NCBI GenBank assembly: GCA_963710375.1
Contig: CAVPZX010000003.1
Coordinates: 64,001 to 128,000 of the forward strand
Reading direction: 5' to 3'
From: Nitrospirota bacterium
GTDB taxonomy: Bacteria > Nitrospirota > Thermodesulfovibrionia > Thermodesulfovibrionales > Dissulfurispiraceae
Length of the DNA stretch: 64,000 bases
Below, piece by piece: positions 61,816 to 64,000 of this stretch. Under the pieces are notes generated by a model that saw only the letters and a list, made by a program, of their open reading frames with translations, had not been told where the DNA came from and made no database searches. Numbering within the stretch: the first letter of the stretch is position 1; each line of letters begins with the position of its first letter. The position numbers and the translations under genes are program-made.

Positions 61816-62397
61816 ATGAGTGCAAAGAAAATTTTGATGCTTGTCGGCGACTACGTGGAAGACTACGAGGTAATGGTTCCCTTCCAGGCGCTCTCGATGG
61901 TGGGGCACACAGTCCATGCAGTCTGTCCCGACAAGAAGGCTGGTGAGACGGTGCGCACAGCAGTACACGATTTCGAGGGAGCCCAGACTTACAGCGAAAA
62001 GCCCGGTCACAATTTTACGCTGAATGCTACTTTTGCAGACGTCAAGGCTGAAGAATATGACGCGCTGATCATTCCCGGCGGGCGCGCACCGGAATATATT
62101 CGCCTGAACGGGACCGTGCTGAAGATAGTGCAGCACTTTTCGCAGGCAAACAAGCCCATTGCATCTATCTGCCACGGCGCACAGGTACTGGCTGCAGCCG
62201 GTGTTATTGAGGGCAAAGCCTGCTCCGCTTATCCGGCGGTGGGGCCGGATGTAACTCGTGCGGGCGGCAAGTATGTGAATATTCCGGTAGACAAGGCCCA
62301 CGTTGACGGCAAGCTGGTCACCGCTCCGGCATGGCCTGCTCATCCTGATTGGCTAGCCAAATTTCTGCAAGTGCTTGGAACGAAGATTGAACCATAA
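61816..62397 (+). CDS. DJ-1/PfpI family protein
   Basis: [32 protein letters not shown]. Confidence 0.92.
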   Translation: MSAKKILMLVGDYVEDYEVMVPFQALSMVGHTVHAVCPDKKAGETVRTAVHDFEGAQTYSEKPGHNFTLNATFADVKAEEYDALIIPGGRAPEYIRLNGTVLKIVQHFSQANKPIASICHGAQVLAAAGVIEGKACSAYPAVGPDVTRAGGKYVNIPVDKAHVDGKLVTAPAWPAHPDWLAKFLQVLGTKIEP

Positions 62398-62429
62398 TGC
62401 GACTATGTAACATGCGTCGCACTGGTTCC

Positions 62430-62493
62430 GGGGAGACCATACTTAATACTGACTGGGTACTTATAATAAAAATAAAGTAAGTATGGTCTCCCC
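62430..62493. repeat. 16-bp perfect inverted repeat with AT-rich spacer between convergent genes
   Basis: GGGGAGACCATACTTA (62430-62445) / TAAGTATGGTCTCCCC (62478-62493). Confidence 0.75.
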
Positions 62494-62494
62494 A

Positions 62495-63256
62495 TTAGGC
62501 AATACTTTCTTCTTCTTTTTGGGCAGGGGACCGCAGGTAGTTCATACCGGTCCAGAACAGGATAATCGCAAACACAAATCTCAACGCATCGTCGGATAGA
62601 ACTGAAGCAAGAGTTCCTCCCAGGAAGGTACCGACGACTATACCCGCGATCAGACCCGGAAGACATTTGGTCTCAACATTTCCGAGTTTATAGTGCGCAT
62701 AAGCACCTGCTGCACCTACCGGGACCATTGCAAGAAGTGAGCTGCCCTGTGCAATATGCTGACCCATGCCTACCAATAGGACCATAGCTGGAATCATGAT
62801 CGTGGCCCCGCCAACCCCCATCATTCCCGAAATGAATCCCGTAAAGACACCTGATGACAAAAGTATCATGATCTTTTCCCATCCTGAGATGTGAGAGGCG
62901 TGCGGGGTAACGTAAGGCTTGAAAATCAGCAGAATTGCAACAAGGAGAAGAAAACCTCCAAAGGACCGTTTAAGTTTCCATTCAGGCAAAGAATTGGCAA
63001 AATGGGCGCCGAAAGGGGCCGTAAATATGGCAGTGGCAGCGAGGGACACTGATGCGACAATATCGACAGTTCCAGCTACCGCATACGTAATAGCACCGGC
63101 AATGCCGGTAAAGACAAGCGCGACAAGGCTTGTCCCATGGGCTTTGTGCTGACCCAGCTTGAGCCCCTTCACCATGAAGGGGATCATCACTACCCCGCCC
63201 CCAACTCCGACGAAACCGCCGAATATCCCTGCCATGAGGCCGATAATCAAAATCAT
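62495..63256 (-). CDS. TauE/SafE (TSUP) family transporter
   Basis: Two GVGGG/GVGGA..IP repeats, QH.A.G.SL motifs, multiple TMs. Confidence 0.9.
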   Translation of the reverse strand: MILIIGLMAGIFGGFVGVGGGVVMIPFMVKGLKLGQHKAHGTSLVALVFTGIAGAITYAVAGTVDIVASVSLAATAIFTAPFGAHFANSLPEWKLKRSFGGFLLLVAILLIFKPYVTPHASHISGWEKIMILLSSGVFTGFISGMMGVGGATIMIPAMVLLVGMGQHIAQGSSLLAMVPVGAAGAYAHYKLGNVETKCLPGLIAGIVVGTFLGGTLASVLSDDALRFVFAIILFWTGMNYLRSPAQKEEESIA

Positions 63257-63298
63257 ATTTATATGTTGATATATGAAAAATGAATTGCGGTTGACCGC

Positions 63299-64000
63299 CT
63301 ATTTCTTAAACATCGTTGTTCCGACAGCCCGCAGATCGCTTACAGCCTGTTTGACCCGCTCTGCCATGGCAGCTTCGGCAAACGTGAGGTATGTTCTCGG
63401 ATCATAGGCCTTCTTGTCCCCCATCTCTCCATCCACCTTGAGAACGCCATTGTAGTTCTTCAGCATGTGATCCGCGATCGGACGGGTGAAGGCATACTGG
63501 GTGTCGGTGTCGATATTCATCTTGACGACGCTGTAATCGATCGCCTCATGGATGTCCCGCAGTTCCGAACCCGAGCCTCCATGGAACACGAGGTAAAAAC
63601 GCGCCTTTTCCCCGTACTCTTTCACTACGGCCTCCTGGCAGTCCCTGAGGATCGAGGGCTTGAGCTTAACGTGGCCGGGTTTATAGACGCCGTGGACATT
63701 GCCGAATGTCGCGGCAAGGAGATACCGCGCGCCCTTGATGGCATTCAATTGCCGGGCAACCTCAAGGGTATCCTCTGGAGTTGTATAAAGCTTTGCGCCT
63801 GCCGCTCCCTTAACGCCGTCTTCCTCTCCTCCGACAACTCCTGCTTCGATTTCGAGTATGAGATCATTTCTCTGGAACCGTTCCAGGAGCTTAACAGCAA
63901 TGCCGAGGTTCTCTTTGAGCGGCAGGGCGCTTCCATCGAACATATGGCTGTTGAAAAGGTTAGGCCTGCCAGTCTGCCCTACGCCTTTCTGTCTCTTCCA
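63299..64000 (-). CDS. fbaA: Class II fructose-bisphosphate aldolase (5' truncated; apparent +1 frameshift near 63973)
   Basis: FNSHMFDGS, LEIEAGVVGGEEDG, ATFGNVHGVYKPG, VFHGGSGS, KMNIDTDTQY, KKAYDPR. Confidence 0.93.
   Translation of the reverse strand, partial: WKRQKGVGQTGRPNLFNSHMFDGSALPLKENLGIAVKLLERFQRNDLILEIEAGVVGGEEDGVKGAAGAKLYTTPEDTLEVARQLNAIKGARYLLAATFGNVHGVYKPGHVKLKPSILRDCQEAVVKEYGEKARFYLVFHGGSGSELRDIHEAIDYSVVKMNIDTDTQYAFTRPIADHMLKNYNGVLKVDGEMGDKKAYDPRTYLTFAEAAMAERVKQAVSDLRAVGTTMFKK

Noticed and set aside
1..64000. CRISPR array, prophage, integrase or transposase
   Set aside because: No regularly spaced 25-45 nt direct repeats with unique spacers and no recognisable cas, phage, integrase or transposase ORFs were seen. 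The short tandem repeats lack spacers.

Overview
A gene-dense chromosomal window with no phage, integrase, transposase or CRISPR array. It comes from a selenocysteine-using, probably anaerobic or microaerophilic diderm bacterium. The gene content resembles Nitrospirota (Thermodesulfovibrionia) or Desulfobacterota, but that is an inference. In order it contains: the end of a kdp operon (kdpB, an extended kdpC, a Fis-type HTH, an outer-membrane barrel); a minus-strand trio (unannotated 40-aa ORF, B12-radical SAM enzyme, divergent RelA/SpoT-like protein); a hybrid histidine kinase and receiver; glgP; Usp and TauE; degP; a compact sorAB-cytochrome c-sco-coxACDB-ctaB operon (sulfite to O2 chain, A2-type oxidase); two aldolases; ArnT and PAP2; tRNA-Ser(CGA); glgC; chrA x2; trxA-tlpA-ffh-rpsP-khpA-trmD-rplS without rimM; a cNMP/degenerate sigma54-AAA+/polyferredoxin fusion; a Sec formate dehydrogenase operon followed by a hidden UxxC seleno-DsbA coupled to a di-heme peroxidase; rnhB, hypF, glgX, pfpI, TauE and fbaA. 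Main observations: (1) two in-frame UGA selenoproteins, one missed entirely by the ORF track; (2) six single-base frameshifts, each repairable at an AGCT motif, which suggests AGCT methylation causing basecalling errors rather than pseudogenes; (3) a candidate peptide/radical-SAM/alarmone-synthetase-like cluster; (4) two micro-proteins sharing ILRESPLY; (5) several palindromic repeat elements, one translated in frame inside HypF. All calls come from reading motifs by eye; no searches were run.
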